From the NCBI GenBank assembly GCA_964016885.1, contig OZ024743.1, positions 238,390,001-238,454,000 on the forward strand: 64,000 bases of DNA. The letters are read 5' to 3'. Source of the DNA: Eledone cirrhosa. Lineage: Eukaryota. This document shows positions 11,049 to 24,500 of the stretch, piece after piece. The notes beneath the pieces are model-generated. The model saw only the letters and a program-made list of their open reading frames with translations. It had not been told where the DNA came from and did no database searches. Position 1 is the stretch's first letter. Each line of letters opens with the position of its first letter. A program made the translations under genes and the position numbers.

Positions 11049-14000
11049 ATGGAGACTAGAACGTCATGTGACAGACTCTCACCCAACAGGTGCCCCCTGG
11101 CTCAGCAGCAGGAACCTGACTGTCAACCAAATACTGCTGATGTTGGAGGAAGGAGAAGAAGGAAAGGGGCCAGAACCAACTGGACGAAAGAATTGAATAG
11201 AACTGTTATGCAATGCTACCTGAAAAGTAACCCCAAGGAGAGGGGCTACAGGAGACGGATGCATAACATCTGGAACGAGATTGGTTTATTTAAATTAGAT
11301 GAACAAAAATTGGCCGGGCAGGCTCGGGTAATAAGAACTAATGGGTGGATAAGCGAGCTGGAACTGGAGGAACTGAGCAGAGAGAATGGCTTGGAGATGG
11401 CGGGTGTAGTATGCCAGACAAGCGAGCCGGTGGGAAATGAAGGTGAGGAGGTCCTGAGAACGGAGGAACCACCCGAAGCAGACAATGATCTGAGTACTGA
11501 GATAAATAATACCTGGAACAGAGATACGGCCACTGAGGAGATGAATGCTGACGGGCTAGGACAAGATTCGGTTGACATCCTAAATTTAGTGGTAGATGAA
11601 TTGAACAATGATAGTGGGAGACCTATGAACCTAAGATTTGTAGACAGGAAAAAGTTAAAAGAAACAACAGCTAAGGTAAACAAAGTCATCCCATACCTTG
11701 AGGCGAGGAGCCTTCACCAGTGCAACAATATCCTCAGAGCAACAGCAAATACGGTGAGGAAACTACTTGGTATAAAAGCGAGAGGAAACAACAGACAAGA
11801 AAGAGCAGAGCCGTGGTGGAAGAGCGACTGAGTGGGCAAATCGGGGAAATGAGAAATGACATAGGAAAGCTTGAGTCACTACTGAATGGGACACTAAAAA
11901 ACATAGGCACTAAAATAGACTGGAAATAAAATACAAAACTAGGAGTAAAAAGCTAAATATTATCATAGAGGAATTGAAGCAACGCATTGTAGCAAAGAGT
12001 GCAAAAATCAGGCGATACGAGAACAGAGTCAGTCAGTATAAACAGAACCGCATGTTCGACAACAACCAGAAGATGCTGTTTGGACAGCTTGAGGGCAAAG
12101 AAAGAGGCAACGACTTGATCACTGGGGCGGAGCAAACTAAAACATTCTGGAGAGGAATATGGGAGCAGGATGTTAGACACAATGCCCAGGCAGGGTGGAT
12201 TGAGACAGTACAGAGGGAGATCGGTGAGCAGGCACAGCAACAAACTGATTTGAGTATCACAGTTGAAACTCTTAAGGGACAAGCCAAAAAACTAACCAAC
12301 TGGAAATCGCCAGGCCCAGATGGTGTGCAGGGGTATTGGATTAAACATCTAACATCCCTCCACCCGAAGCTGACGGCCATGTTCAATGACTGCTTGGTGT
12401 CGGGTGAGGTGCCAGAGTGGTTGACAAAAGGTACCACAGTTCTGATAATGAAAGACCGAATCAAGGGTAATGATGCTACCAACTATAGACCTATCACATG
12501 TCTGCCCGTAATGTGGAAACTGTTGACGAGCATTGTGTCTGAGGAAATCTACCATCACCTCCACACAAACAACTTGTTACCGGACGAACAGAAAGGATGC
12601 CGAAAGAAGTCACGTGGTACAAAGGACCAGTTGCTTATTGATAAGATGGTAATGGGGAATTGCAGGAGGAGACACACTGATCTTGCCATGGGATGGATAG
12701 ACTACAGAAAGGCATTTGACATGGTGCCTCATTCCTGGATCACCAAAAGCCTGGAGATCTTCAGGGTGGCGGATAACATCAGACAGTTGCTAGGCAGGAG
12801 TATGGGGTCCTGGGAGACAGAGTTGACATCAACTGGAGTACCCTTGGGAAGCGTGAAGATCAAGAGAGGTATCTTCCAGGGAGATAGCCTGTCCCCTCTG
12901 TTGTTTGTCCTTGCCCTGATGCCCTTGACCATTATGCTGCGAAAAGTGAGAGCAGGATACAAGTTGGGAAGGGGAGAGCTTACCATCAATCACCTCCTCT
13001 TCATGGACGATCTTAAGCTCTTCGGGAAAAGTGAGAAGGAGTTGGATGTGCTTGTTGACACTGTCCGTATTTTCAGCAGTGATATATGTATGCAGTTTGG
13101 TATTGGTAAACGTGGAGTCATTGTGATGAAGAGGGGTAGGTTGAGCAGAAGTAACGGGATCCAGATACCAACAGGTGAGATGATAAAGGAAATTGACTCT
13201 GAGGAAGGATACAAGTATTTGGGCGTTCTGGAGGCTGATGGCATAAAGAACAAAAACATGAAGGAATTGTTAAGAACTGAATACATTCGGAGAGTAAGGA
13301 GCGTATTGAAGTCACATCTGAACAGCAGAAATGCCATAAGCGCAGTAAATTCCCGAGCTGTGTCTATTATTAGGTACAGTGCGGGAATTCTGAGATGGAA
13401 TGTTGCTGAACAGAAAGAAATGGATAGGAAGACTAGGAAGCTATTGACTATCTACAACATGTTCCACAAGAGGAGTGATGTCGATAGACTCTACCTAAGG
13501 AGATCTGAGGGTGGAAGAGGTCTTATCAGCATAGAGGACTGTGTTCAGATGGAGAAAAACAACCTATACAAATACGTGACCTATAGTAAGGAGCCAATGC
13601 TCAGAGCTGTACTGAAGGAGGGGACAGTAGGCCAGGGGATGTCCAGGGAGGAAATAACATCAAGGAGGAAGAGCAGCCTTAAGGGAAAACTCCTTCATAG
13701 TACCTTCTTTGAGAAAACTGAATTTAGAGATCCACAGACATGGAACTGGTTGAGAAGAGGAGACCTCAAAAAGGCTACAGAAGGAATACTAATGGCTGCG
13801 CAGGAGCAGGCCCTCAAAACGAAGTGGTTGAAGCACCATATCTACAAGGAGGAGGCCAGCCCACTGTGCAGGATCTGTGGAGAGAGAGAGGAGACTGTGG
13901 CTCACATTGTGTCCGAGTGTAAACACCTAGCCCAGACCCACTATAAGGGCTGGAGACACGATGTGATGGGCAGGGTGATCCACTGGCACCTGTGCAAAGT

Positions 14001-14439
14001 AAACAATCTACCACATTCTGAGAAATGGTATGAGCATAGGCCAGAGGCGGTGATGGAGAACAATCAGGTGAAGGTGCTGTGGGATTTTAGGATACAGACG
14101 GACAAAAAACTGGAACACAATAGACCTGACCTAGTGGTTGTGGACAAAGAAAAAAGATCGTGCCTGATAGTGGATGTGGCCTGCCCGTTCGACACGAGAG
14201 TGCAAGAGAAGGAGAGGGAGAAAATTAACCGATACCAGGACCTAAAGTGGGAGGTGAAAAGGATTTGGAACTGCTATGAAGTCAAAGTGATCCCGATTGT
14301 CATAGGCGCACTGGGGACTATCTCCAAAAGTTTCCAGGGATGGTTAAAGAAAATCGGCCCCTTCACGCTTTTTGGAACGCTTCAAAAGGCATGCTTGCTT
14401 GGAACAGCAAGAACCCTCCGATACGTCCTGAATATCTGA
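11049..14439 (+). pseudogene. Single R4/Dong ORF (N-terminal domain, RT, CCHC, RLE) broken by frameshifts near 11820 and 11925
   Basis: R4-like N-terminus WTKELN..CY..GYRRRMHNIW..EQKLAGQAR. The 821-aa part has GIFQGDSLSPLLF, FMDD, CRICGEREETVAHIVSEC, RHD, RPDL..D..EK..YQDL. Confidence 0.9.
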
Positions 14440-14525
14440 GGCTGCAGGTAGTGGCTTGATATTCAATCCAACGGACTTTCCAGTTAACCAACATCAATGA
14501 CTGAGATTCAAGGAATAACAATAAC

Positions 14526-14556
<31 letters not shown>

Positions 14557-14558
<2 letters not shown>

Positions 14559-16623
14559 ATGATACTGGAAGATTGTCATAATAGACACAAAAATCTATCG
14601 ATTGCTTGGATAGATTATAAAAAAGCATTTGATAGTTTGCCACACAGTTGGATTGAAAAATGTTTAGAGATTTTCAAAATATCCCCCGTTGTCAGGAGGT
14701 TTTTGTCATTCAGTATGAGGACATGGAGAACGACACTCCTTTTGAATAGTGAAACAAAATCACTGGAAGCTGGAGAAGTTAACATTAATTGTGGAATTTT
14801 TCAGGGTGACTCTTTATCACCGCTTTTATTCTGCATCGCACTTATACCATTAGGTAAAATGCTCAATCAAACAAAACATGGATATATAGTCTATGACAAA
14901 ACCATTAATCACCTGTTCTACATGGATGACCTGAAACTATTTGCAAAAAATGATGAACAATTGCAAGGGCTATTATCCACTGTGAAGCAGTTCAGTGATG
15001 ACATTAAAATGGAGTTTGGACTGGATAAATGCGCCAAACCAACGTTCACCAGAGGAAAGCTGCTGAAGAGTTCAGACATTAATCTTGATCGGGGGAACGT
15101 GATAAGAGAGCTTGATCAAGAACAAACTTACAAATATCTAGGTGTTTGTGAAGGAGACGGAATCAAGCACTCGACAATGAGGGAAAGGATAAGGAAGGAA
15201 TGTTACCGCAGAGTCAGAGCAATCTTAAGAACGGAATTGAATGCAAGGAATAGGATCGATGCCATAAACACGCTTGCCATACCAGTAGTAACCTACAGTT
15301 ACAATGTCATCAACTGGTCAAGCACAGAGATCCGTAGGCTCGATACAAAAATCCGAAAATTCTTAACCATGCACAGAATGCATCACCCTAACGCAGACAT
15401 AGATAGAATATATCTCCCTAGGAAAGAAGGAGGACGTGAGTTAATCCAGTTAGACATTGCGTTGAAAACTGCAACAATTGGATTATCCACATATCTAAGG
15501 GAATCACATGATTGGATGATCAAACTCGTTTTGAAACACGAAAGCACCAAAAGATCATATTCCATTACAAAAGATGCACAAAGATACAGTAATGGACTAC
15601 ACATTTCAGAAGTCCCATTTACTGCTGAAATGGAAAACACAGAAAAAGCAAAGCAGGTAAAAGTAACTGCAAAGAAAGAACTGCAAAGAAAGAACTGCTA
15701 CAGAAACTGGCTAAGAAATGGCAAGAAAAGCCTCTGTATGGAAAATACCCAGAGCGAGCTAACAATCCTGATGTTGACAAAACTTTAACCCATCAGTGGT
15801 TGGCATCCTCTGGACTGAAATCTGAGACTGAAGGACTGATTATATCGGCACAAGATCAGTGTCTGCCAACAAAAAATTACCAAGCCAACATAATCAAAAA
15901 TGGGTGCAGCCCATTATGCCGTGTATGCAAAAAACAACCAGAGACCATTGACCATATAATTTCAATGTGCAGTCCTATAGCTCCAACCGAATACCTAAAC
16001 AGGCATGACAGAGCTGCACAATACATACATTGGATAATGTGTAAGCATTTTGACCTTCCCCATCAAAAGAATTGGTGGGAGCATCAGCCACCTCCCATAC
16101 TTGAAAAAGATCACATCTCAATCTTGTGGAACTTTAGCATCCAAACAGACCGAAACATAGATGCAAACAGACCTGATATAATATTGAAAGACTTTCAAAA
16201 GAGGGTATGCCTGCTAATTGATATGTCTGTTCCAATAGACAAGAATGTATCTATAAAAACATTTGAAAAATTGAGCAAGTATAAGGACCTGGAGATAGAA
16301 ATTGGAAAAATGTGGAAATTGAGAACTAAAACAATACCAGTGGTTGTAGGCGCTCTGGGAATGATACCTAAGGGGTCTAATGATTACTTATCGCAAATCC
16401 CAGGAAACCCGCGTATAGGAGAAATACAAAAGATAGTACTAATGGGAACTGCCCATATACTAAGGAAGATTCTGTCAATATAAGTACATCACAAGTCTAA
16501 ACACTAAAGATGCATGTGTGAATATGTATGTTCTTTCTTGAACATGGCGGACCTTGTTGTATCTTGAGGTCACTGGTTGTGACTTGGTGATAACTCGTAT
16601 AAACATAAAGCAAGATAAATGCA
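14557..16623 (+). mobile_element. R4/Dong-type family A, 5'-truncated, frameshifted
   Basis: WIDYKKAFDS, GIFQGDSLSP, YMDD; a short tandem duplication near 15670-15698 shifts the frame; near-identical to 5188-6774. Confidence 0.92.
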
Positions 16624-16653
<30 letters not shown>

Positions 16654-16658
<5 letters not shown>

Positions 16659-17194
16659 CGTGACTGATAGTAAGGAGCAATGCTCATAATTGTACTGAAG
16701 GAGAGGACAATAGACCAGGGGATGTCCAAGGAGGAAATAACAACAAGGAGAAAGAGCAGCCTTCATGAAAAATACAGACGGACAAGAAACTGGAACACGA
16801 TAGACCTGACCTGGTGGTTTTGGACAAGGAAAAAAGATCGTGCCTGATTGTGGATGTGGCCTGCCCATTCGACACGAGAGTGCAAGAGAAGGAGAGGGAG
16901 AAAATTAACCGATACCAGGACTTGAAGTGGGAGGTAAAAAGGATTTGGAACTGCCATGAAGTCAAAGTGGTCCCGATTGTCATAGGCGCACTGGGGACTA
17001 TCTCCAAAAGTTTCCAGGGATGGTTAAAGAAAATCGGCCCCGTCACGCTTTTTGGAACGCTTCAAAAGGCATGCTTGCTGGGAACAGCAAGAACCCTTCG
17101 ATACGTCCTGAATATCTGAGGCTGCAGGTAGTGGCTTGATATTCATTTCAACAAACTTTCCAGTTAACTAACATCAATGACTGAGACTCAAAGA
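16654..17194 (+). mobile_element. Family B fragment with internal deletion
   Basis: KYVTDSKE region joined directly to IQTDKKLE and the RLE C-terminus plus 3' UTR; (AAT)n flanks. Confidence 0.88.
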
Positions 17195-17223
17195 ACAATA
17201 ATAATAATAATAATAATAATAAT

Positions 17224-17881
17224 GATTTCATTTATTAGCCACAAGGGCCGACATGTAGGGGACAATACAAAGACAGGGACAGTGGGGGTTTACAATAAGG
17301 TCGAGTAAAAGTGCACAATGGCAAGACTAATTTAACAATGAAAATATAAAAATATAAAATAAACTATGCAAAATATAACAAAATAAATTCCCCGATAGGG
17401 GGTGGACGACCCTGGGGTGATTCGGGTACCCCACCAATCCTGAACTACTCTGCGCTTCTAGGGCACCCAGGAGAGCACCCCTCTTCTCAAGTTAGCCAGC
17501 CTATAGGCGCATGGTCAGAGTAGGCCCATTCACACGAGCCATTCTCGCCACATTCATCCACCTTTTAGCAAATGTACTGGGGGGCAGCACTTCTCTCTCC
17601 ACCCTCACCCTCCTTTCCAGGTGAAACTTGAAGAAGTTGATGAGGGATTGGCCGAAGAGAAAAGTGTCTGTCTTTAGTCCTTTCAACCTGGTCCACCATA
17701 TAATCTCTTTCGCAACTGCCACCAGACAGAGGAAAATGTCCTACTCTTCCTGACCTAAGGAAGGTGGCGGCTCGATCTTCACTATGGACTCGGCCGATAA
17801 CCGGATTCGTTCCACACGCGACAGTAGCTGTTCGACATAACTCCACAAGTCAGTAATGCACGGACATTAGACAAGTGCGTG
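17224..17881 (-). mobile_element. Tx1-type LINE 3' fragment (subfamily 2)
   Basis: VAVAKEIIWWTRLKGLKT..RVNGPTL is homologous to the ORF2 C-terminus at 21592; AATAAA then (ATT)n tail. Confidence 0.88.
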
Positions 17882-17895
17882 AATAATAATAATAA

Positions 17896-19460
17896 TGATT
17901 TTTACTTATTTAAAACAACTGTGATAGAATAATTCTTATTACAAATGAAGTATAAGATTATAGTTTTAACGCTCAGCAAGCCATAACGCATCACTTTACG
18001 GCATAGGGCCCCAATATTTAATATTTAATTTTGTATCAGAAATGTTATAGTCGAAAAAGTGGAAAATGGCAAAATGGCTAAATAGCTAAATGGCTAAGTG
18101 GACTGACAGGCAAATAATTTCACCACCAACACCACCACCGCCACCATCACCACTACCACGCCAAAAACTCTAGTCAAGTTACCTCAACTTCTATTTCTCA
18201 TTCAACTTCAACACCAACACTACAGTACAACGATCAGATCACCACCACCACTGCCTCATTATCACTACCGCTATTCTCTCCCACTACCTCCTGCTAAGAC
18301 ATGAATCGTAGTGTCCCCACTAAAAGAGGAAGGCATCAAAAGATATAAATAGACTGATTTGATGACCCGGTCAAAATATCAAAAAAACAAAAATCAAAAA
18401 TCAAAACAGCACAGCAACAACGAAAAACGTAAAGAAAAGAAAAATGAAAAGAAAAACAAACAGACAGAGAAGGAAAAAGGAAAAAAGAAAAACTAAGTCA
18501 GACATTCAAACATTACATTACAATGAAACTTATACTTATTCTTTTTTTTTTTTTTACCTATTTGTTTGTTTGTTTATTTATGTTCGTCTACAGCTGATGA
18601 CATCAAGAAAAAAAAATGAAGCAATTGATAAGATCTGAATACATTCGGAGAGTAAGGAGCGTATTAAAGTCACATCTGAACAGTAGGAATGCCATAAGTG
18701 CAGTAAATTCCCGAGCTGTGTCTATTGTTAGGTACAGTGCGGGAATTCTGAGATGGAATGTTGCTGAACAAAAAGAAATGGATAGGAAGACTAGGAAGCT
18801 ATTGACTATCTACAACATGTTCCACAAGAGGAGTGATGTCGATAGACTCTACTTAAGGAGATCTGAAGGTGGAAGAGGTCTTATCAGCATAGAGGACTGT
18901 GTTCAGACGGAGAAAAACAACCTACACAAATACGTGATTGATAGTAAGGAGCCAATGCGTAGAATTGTACTGAAGGAGAGGACAATAGACCAGGGGATGT
19001 CCAAGGAGGAAATAACAACAAGGATAAAGAGCAACCTTCATGAAAAATCCCTTCATAGTACCTTCTTTGAGAAAACTGAATTCAGAGATCCACAGACATG
19101 GAACGGGTTGAAAAGAGGAGACATTAAAAAGGCTACAGAAGAAATGCTAATGGCTGCGCAGAAAATTAACCGATACCAGGACTTAAAGTGCGAGGTAAAA
19201 AGGATTTGGAACTGCCATGAAGTCAAAGTGGTCCCGTCCCGATTGTCATAGGTGCACTAGGTACTATCTCAAAAGGTTTCCAGGGATGGTTAAAGAAAAT
19301 TGGCCCCGCCCGGCTTTTTGGAACACTTCAAAAGGTATGCTTCCTGGGAACAGCAAGAACCCTCTGATATGTCCTGAATATCTGAGGCTGCAGATAGTGG
19401 CTTGATATTCATTTCAACAAACTTTCCAGTTAACTAACATCAATGACTGAGACTCAAAGA
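17896..19460 (+). mobile_element. Internally deleted family B derivative (5' region fused to RT C-terminus and RLE end)
   Basis: Homology to 9357-10921 stops at tacagc, then jumps to the EADGIK region; second deletion AAQ|KINRYQD near 19160. Confidence 0.82.
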
Positions 19461-19483
19461 ACAATAATAATAATAATAATAAT

Positions 19484-19828
19484 GATTTCATTTATTGGCC
19501 ACAAGGGCCGACATATAGGGGACAATACAAAAGACTGGGACAGTGGGGTTTTACAGAAAAATCGAGTAAAAATATGAATCACAATAACAAAGTAACAATA
19601 AAATTACAACAAGAAAAAATTCCCCAATGGGGGGATGGCCACCTAGGGTTCGCTCAGGTACCCTACCAATCCTGAACGACCCGACGCTTCGAGAGCACCC
19701 TGGAAGGGCACCCCCTCTCCTCCTCAAATTTCCCTACCTACAGCCGCATGACCAGAGTAGGCCCACTAACACGGGCCATTCTCGCCACATTCACCCACCT
19801 TTCAGCAAATGTACTGGGGGGCAGCACT
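19484..19828 (-). mobile_element. Tx1-type LINE 3' fragment (subfamily 2)
   Basis: Homologous to 17224-17590; (AAT)n on both sides. Confidence 0.85.
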
Positions 19829-19846
19829 AATAATAATAATAATAAT

Positions 19847-21265
19847 ATTTGGTATTAGTAAGTGTGGAGCCCTAGTGATGAAGTGGGGGTAAATTGAGCA
19901 GAAGCAACAGAATCCAGGTACCAACATTTGAGATGATAAAGGAAATGGATACTGAAGAAGGATACAAATATTTAGCTGTTCTGGAGGCTGATGACATCAA
20001 GAACAAAAAAAAATGAAGGAATTGATAAGATCTGAATACATTCGGAGAGCAAGGAGCGTATTAAAATTACATATGAACGGTAGGAATGCTATAAGTGCAG
20101 TAAATTCCCGAGCTGTGTCTATTATTAGGTACAGTGCGTGAATTCTGAGATGGAATGTTGCTGAACAAAAAGAAATGGATAGGAAGACTAGGAAGCTATT
20201 GACTATCTACAACATGTTCCACAAGAGGAGTGATGTCGATAGACTCTACTTAAGGAGATCTGAAGGTGGAAGAGGTCTTATCAGCATAGAGGACTGTGTT
20301 CAGACGGAGAAAAACAACCAACACAAATACGTGACTGATAGTAGGGAGCCAATGCGTAGAATTGTACTGAAGGAGAGGACAATAGACCAGGGTATGTCCA
20401 AGGAGGAAATAACAAGGAGGAAGACCAATCTTTATGAAAAATCCCTTCTTAGTACCTTCTATGAGAAAACTGAATTTAGATATCCACAGACATGGAACTG
20501 GTTGAAAAGAGGAGACCTTAAAAAGGCTACAGAAGGAATGCTAATGGCTGCGCAAGAGCAGGCCCTCAAAACGAAGTGGCTGAAACACCATATTTACAAG
20601 GAGTAGGCTAGCCCACTGTGTAGCATCTGTGGAGAGAGATAGGAGACTGTGGCTCACATTGTATCCGAGTGTAAACCCCTAGCCCAGACTCACTATAAGG
20701 GCTGGAGACATGATGTGATGGGCAGGCTGTTCCAATGGCACCTATGCAGAGTAAACAATTTACCACATTCTGAGAAATGGTATGAGCATAAGCCAGAGTC
20801 GGTGATGGATCAGGTGAAGGTGCTGTGGCATTTTAGGATACAGACGGACAAGAAACTGGAACACAATAGACCTGACCTGGTGGTTTGGACAAGGAAAAAA
20901 GATCGTGCCTGATTGTGGATGTGGCCTGCCCGTTCGACATGAGAGTGCAAGAGAAGGAGATGGAGAAAATTAACCGATACCAGGACTTAAAGTGGGAGGT
21001 AAAAAGGATTTGGAACTGCCATGAGGTCAAAGTGGTCCCGATTGTCATAGGCGCACTAGGTACTATCTCAAAGAGTTTCCATGGATGGTTAAAGAAAATT
21101 GGTCCCGTCCCGCTTTTTGGAACACTTCAAAAGGCCTGCTTGCTGGGAACAGCAAGAACCCTCCGGTACGTCCTGAATATCTGAGGTTGCAGGTAGAGGC
21201 TTGATATTCATTTCAACAAACTTTCCAGTTAAATAGCATCAATGACTGAGACACAAAGAACAAAG
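19847..21265 (+). mobile_element. Family B, 5'-truncated and decayed
   Basis: RT C-terminus, CCHC and RLE with stops and frameshifts; shared 3' UTR. Confidence 0.9.
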
Positions 21266-21268
21266 AAC

Positions 21269-21330
<62 letters not shown>

Positions 21331-21591
21331 TTTCTTTATTAACCACAAGGGTTTACATAAAGTAGACATTAAGGACAGTGCAGGACAATGCAGGACGGTA
21401 CAAATGGGCATTTCTGCGTGTAAAAAAAACAAAAATAGAGGATGTAACAAAAATAACAATGAAAATAACAATGAAAAATTCCCCAATAGGGGGGAGACTT
21501 CGGAGGGACATTTGTGGAGAAAGCCCAGTAAAAAGCCACAATGACCCTGACCACCAAGGCAAGTGCCCTCTCCCAGTTTTCCACCTTTAGT

Positions 21592-24500
21592 TTACAGATA
21601 TATACTCAGAGTCGGCCCATTCACTCGGGCCATTCTTGCTTCTCTCACCCATCTTTCAACAAAATGCTGGGAAGAGAGCACTTCCTTCTCTACTCTGATT
21701 TTCCTTTTCAAATGAAATTTGAAAAAGTCAATCAGAGCATCACCGAAGAGGTAAGTGCTCGTCTTCAGCCCTTTCAAACGTGTCCACCATACTATCTCTT
21801 TCGCCATGGCCACCAGACAGATAAAAACTGCCTGCCCTTCCCGGCTAAAGGAGGAGGGCGGGGCAATCCTCACGATAGACTCAGATGATAGCTGGATCCG
21901 TCCTAAACGCGACAGCAGGTGTTCGACATAAACCCACAAGTCAGCAATTTTCGGACACTGGACGAGTGCGTGCAGGACGGTTTCGTCGCCCTGCGCGCAT
22001 CTCGGACATGCCCGGCTGACGGCACCTCCATGCCTGTAGAGTTTATCCCGAACTGGCAAGGCTCCTCGGTAGCACTGCCAGGCCAGAGATTTCTGGAAGT
22101 TGTCCATAGGCCCTGGCCCGAAGGTTCTTCCGAAGAGATTGGCTAGTTGATTTTCGTCGACGCCTAGAGTTTCCCCAAGTACGTCGTCGCTCTTCCCCTC
22201 CACTAATCCTCTATAGAACGCCGAGGTGGAGTTTCCACCGATCACATTGCCCGATTGGTCGAGGGCTGTGAGCGCCTGAAGACATTCCAGTCTCCAGGCG
22301 CTCCCTCTCGGTCTTCGCTTGACCCAGGACTGCAGCTCCGTCAAGGAAACGAGCTGGGGAAAAACGCGTCTAGCAAACGGCGACCACACCTGATCACCGT
22401 CGAGGAAGAGGTGGAGATGTCGTAGCCTGAGCGCGTGCCTGCGCATCATCAGCCACGGCATGCCCAGCCCTCCACGTAGCGGGTGTTGACAACAGATGGA
22501 CCGCCTGACCATCGGAGCACGTCCCTTCCACAAAAAGCGAAAGAGCAAACGCTCCAGCGCAGTCAGGCGAGGCTTAGGACAAGGTACGACGGTTAGGCGG
22601 TAGCAGATGACAGACGCGATGTACGCGTTAGCCACCTCCGCTCGACCTTTCAGGGATAGCTTCCTCTCCGCCCATTTCTGGGTGAGAGAAGCCACCCTGC
22701 TCGTCACCTCGTCCCAGTTTTTGTCCGTCTGGAGGTCCGGACCGAACCAGACCCCTAGCAATTTAACCGGTCCGTCCGTCCAGCGCCCGACGACGCTGTT
22801 GGACGGCATGGACCTGCCTCTCCAGGTGCCGAGCTGCAGGCCCACTGACTTTTCCTGGTTGATCATTGCTCCTGTCACCGCTTCGTATTCTCTTAGTGTA
22901 GTGCCGATCGCCTCGATGTGTTTGGCGTTCGACACCACTACGGTGACATCGTCCGCATATGCTGACACGGATCTTCCGCATCCTAGTTCGCGCGGGACTC
23001 CCCTCAACGTCTCCAGTTTGTGCAGTAATGGCTCGAGAGTCAATACGTACAAGAGGGACGAGAGGGGACATCCTTGGCGGACCGAGCGCATGATGTTGAA
23101 CGGTTCCGACAGGTGACCGTTCACTCTCACCACAGAGCAGATGTCGCTGTGCATGGCAGCGATCCAGCCTCTGAAGACGGGCCCAAAGCCAGCCGCCCTC
23201 AGGACTGCCGCTAGGTAACGATGGTCGACCCTATCGAAAGCTTTCGACTGATCTAAATTGATCAAGGACCCACCCGTGCCAGGTTCCCTAGCTACCCTCT
23301 CTACGATGTATCGCATGAGGTGGAGGTTGTCGTGGATGGATCTGTCGGGAATGGCGCATGTCTGCGCCTCTCCCACCAGACCACCAACGACAAGCGCCAA
23401 CCTCTTTGCTAGCACCTTGGCCAAAATCTTAAACTCTGTGTTTAGCAGAGTTATGGGCCGGAAATTGTCTATGTTATCCCCCTTGTTCGGATCCTTTCTC
23501 AGCAGTGCCACCGCTCCTCGGCTCACAGAACTGGGAATTCTCCCGTTCTGTTGCCAGTTGCAGTAGACGTCCGCCAAGAGGCCTCCGAACAAGTCTGGCA
23601 TCTGTACGTAAAGTTCATAGGGCAGACCATCCAAACCAGGCGATTTACCCCTTGTGCAGCCAGTCATTGCCTCCCTTACTTCAGCGGCTGTTATCGGCTT
23701 TTCGCAACACTTCGCCTCAGTGGCCGAGAGCCGCGGCAGTCCGTCGAGGTAGACACTAAAGTCCATCCCTCTACCCGGCCCCCCGCTGCCCCCGAACAGC
23801 TGAGCGAAGTGTCGCTGAAAAGCTTCACACATTTGCCCGGGATCGAGTAGCATGCGCCCGTCGTGGTCCACCAAAGACCGGATCGTGGCTTTGTTGCCAC
23901 GACGCGCCTCCGCCACTCGGGCCCATTGAACGGCTTTCGTCCCCTCGTGTCTGAGAGCACGCACCCTAGCTCTGACAACGCAGCCTTCGTGCTTTGCATT
24001 GAAGAATTGGTCAAGGGCCAATTTCGCCGCAAGCACGTCGGTCGCAATGCCTTTGCTAAGCGCCTCGTCTAATTTTCTAACTAGTTCTCCCTCTGCTCTA
24101 TTTTTCTCTATTGCTAAAGCCTTACTAAACCTAATCGATTCTATTCTAATCGCTCTTTTCAGAGCAAACCACCACTTGTTGTTGACGATGGCCCCCGTCA
24201 ACGCCCGCTTAACTAGTTCGCTAATCCGGTCTCTGTAGGCCTTGCGCGCTGGTAAGGACGCGTTTAGCTTCCAGTAGCCGGGTCCTCGTCTATGAAGCCT
24301 ATCTAAGTCAAGCACACAGATCACGAATTTGTGGTCCGTGTAGCTGACTATCTTGAATTGTGGACAGCCTATGCTAGACCTATCTATTTCCCTACAAAAT
24401 ACTCTATCTAGATATGATCTGGATGACCCTATGCGGTTTGTCCAAGTCCACATTGGCACATTCGGGAAATCCAATCGGTACCTGTCAGACAGTTCAAAAC

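Larger units (their letters stand above)
9303..14513 (+). mobile_element. R4/Dong-type family B, apparently full length, with a ~1.7-kb 5' region
   Basis: Bounded by (AAT)n and (AAC/AAT)n. The 5' region is homologous to 17896-18590, which also precedes family B coding sequence. Confidence 0.85.
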
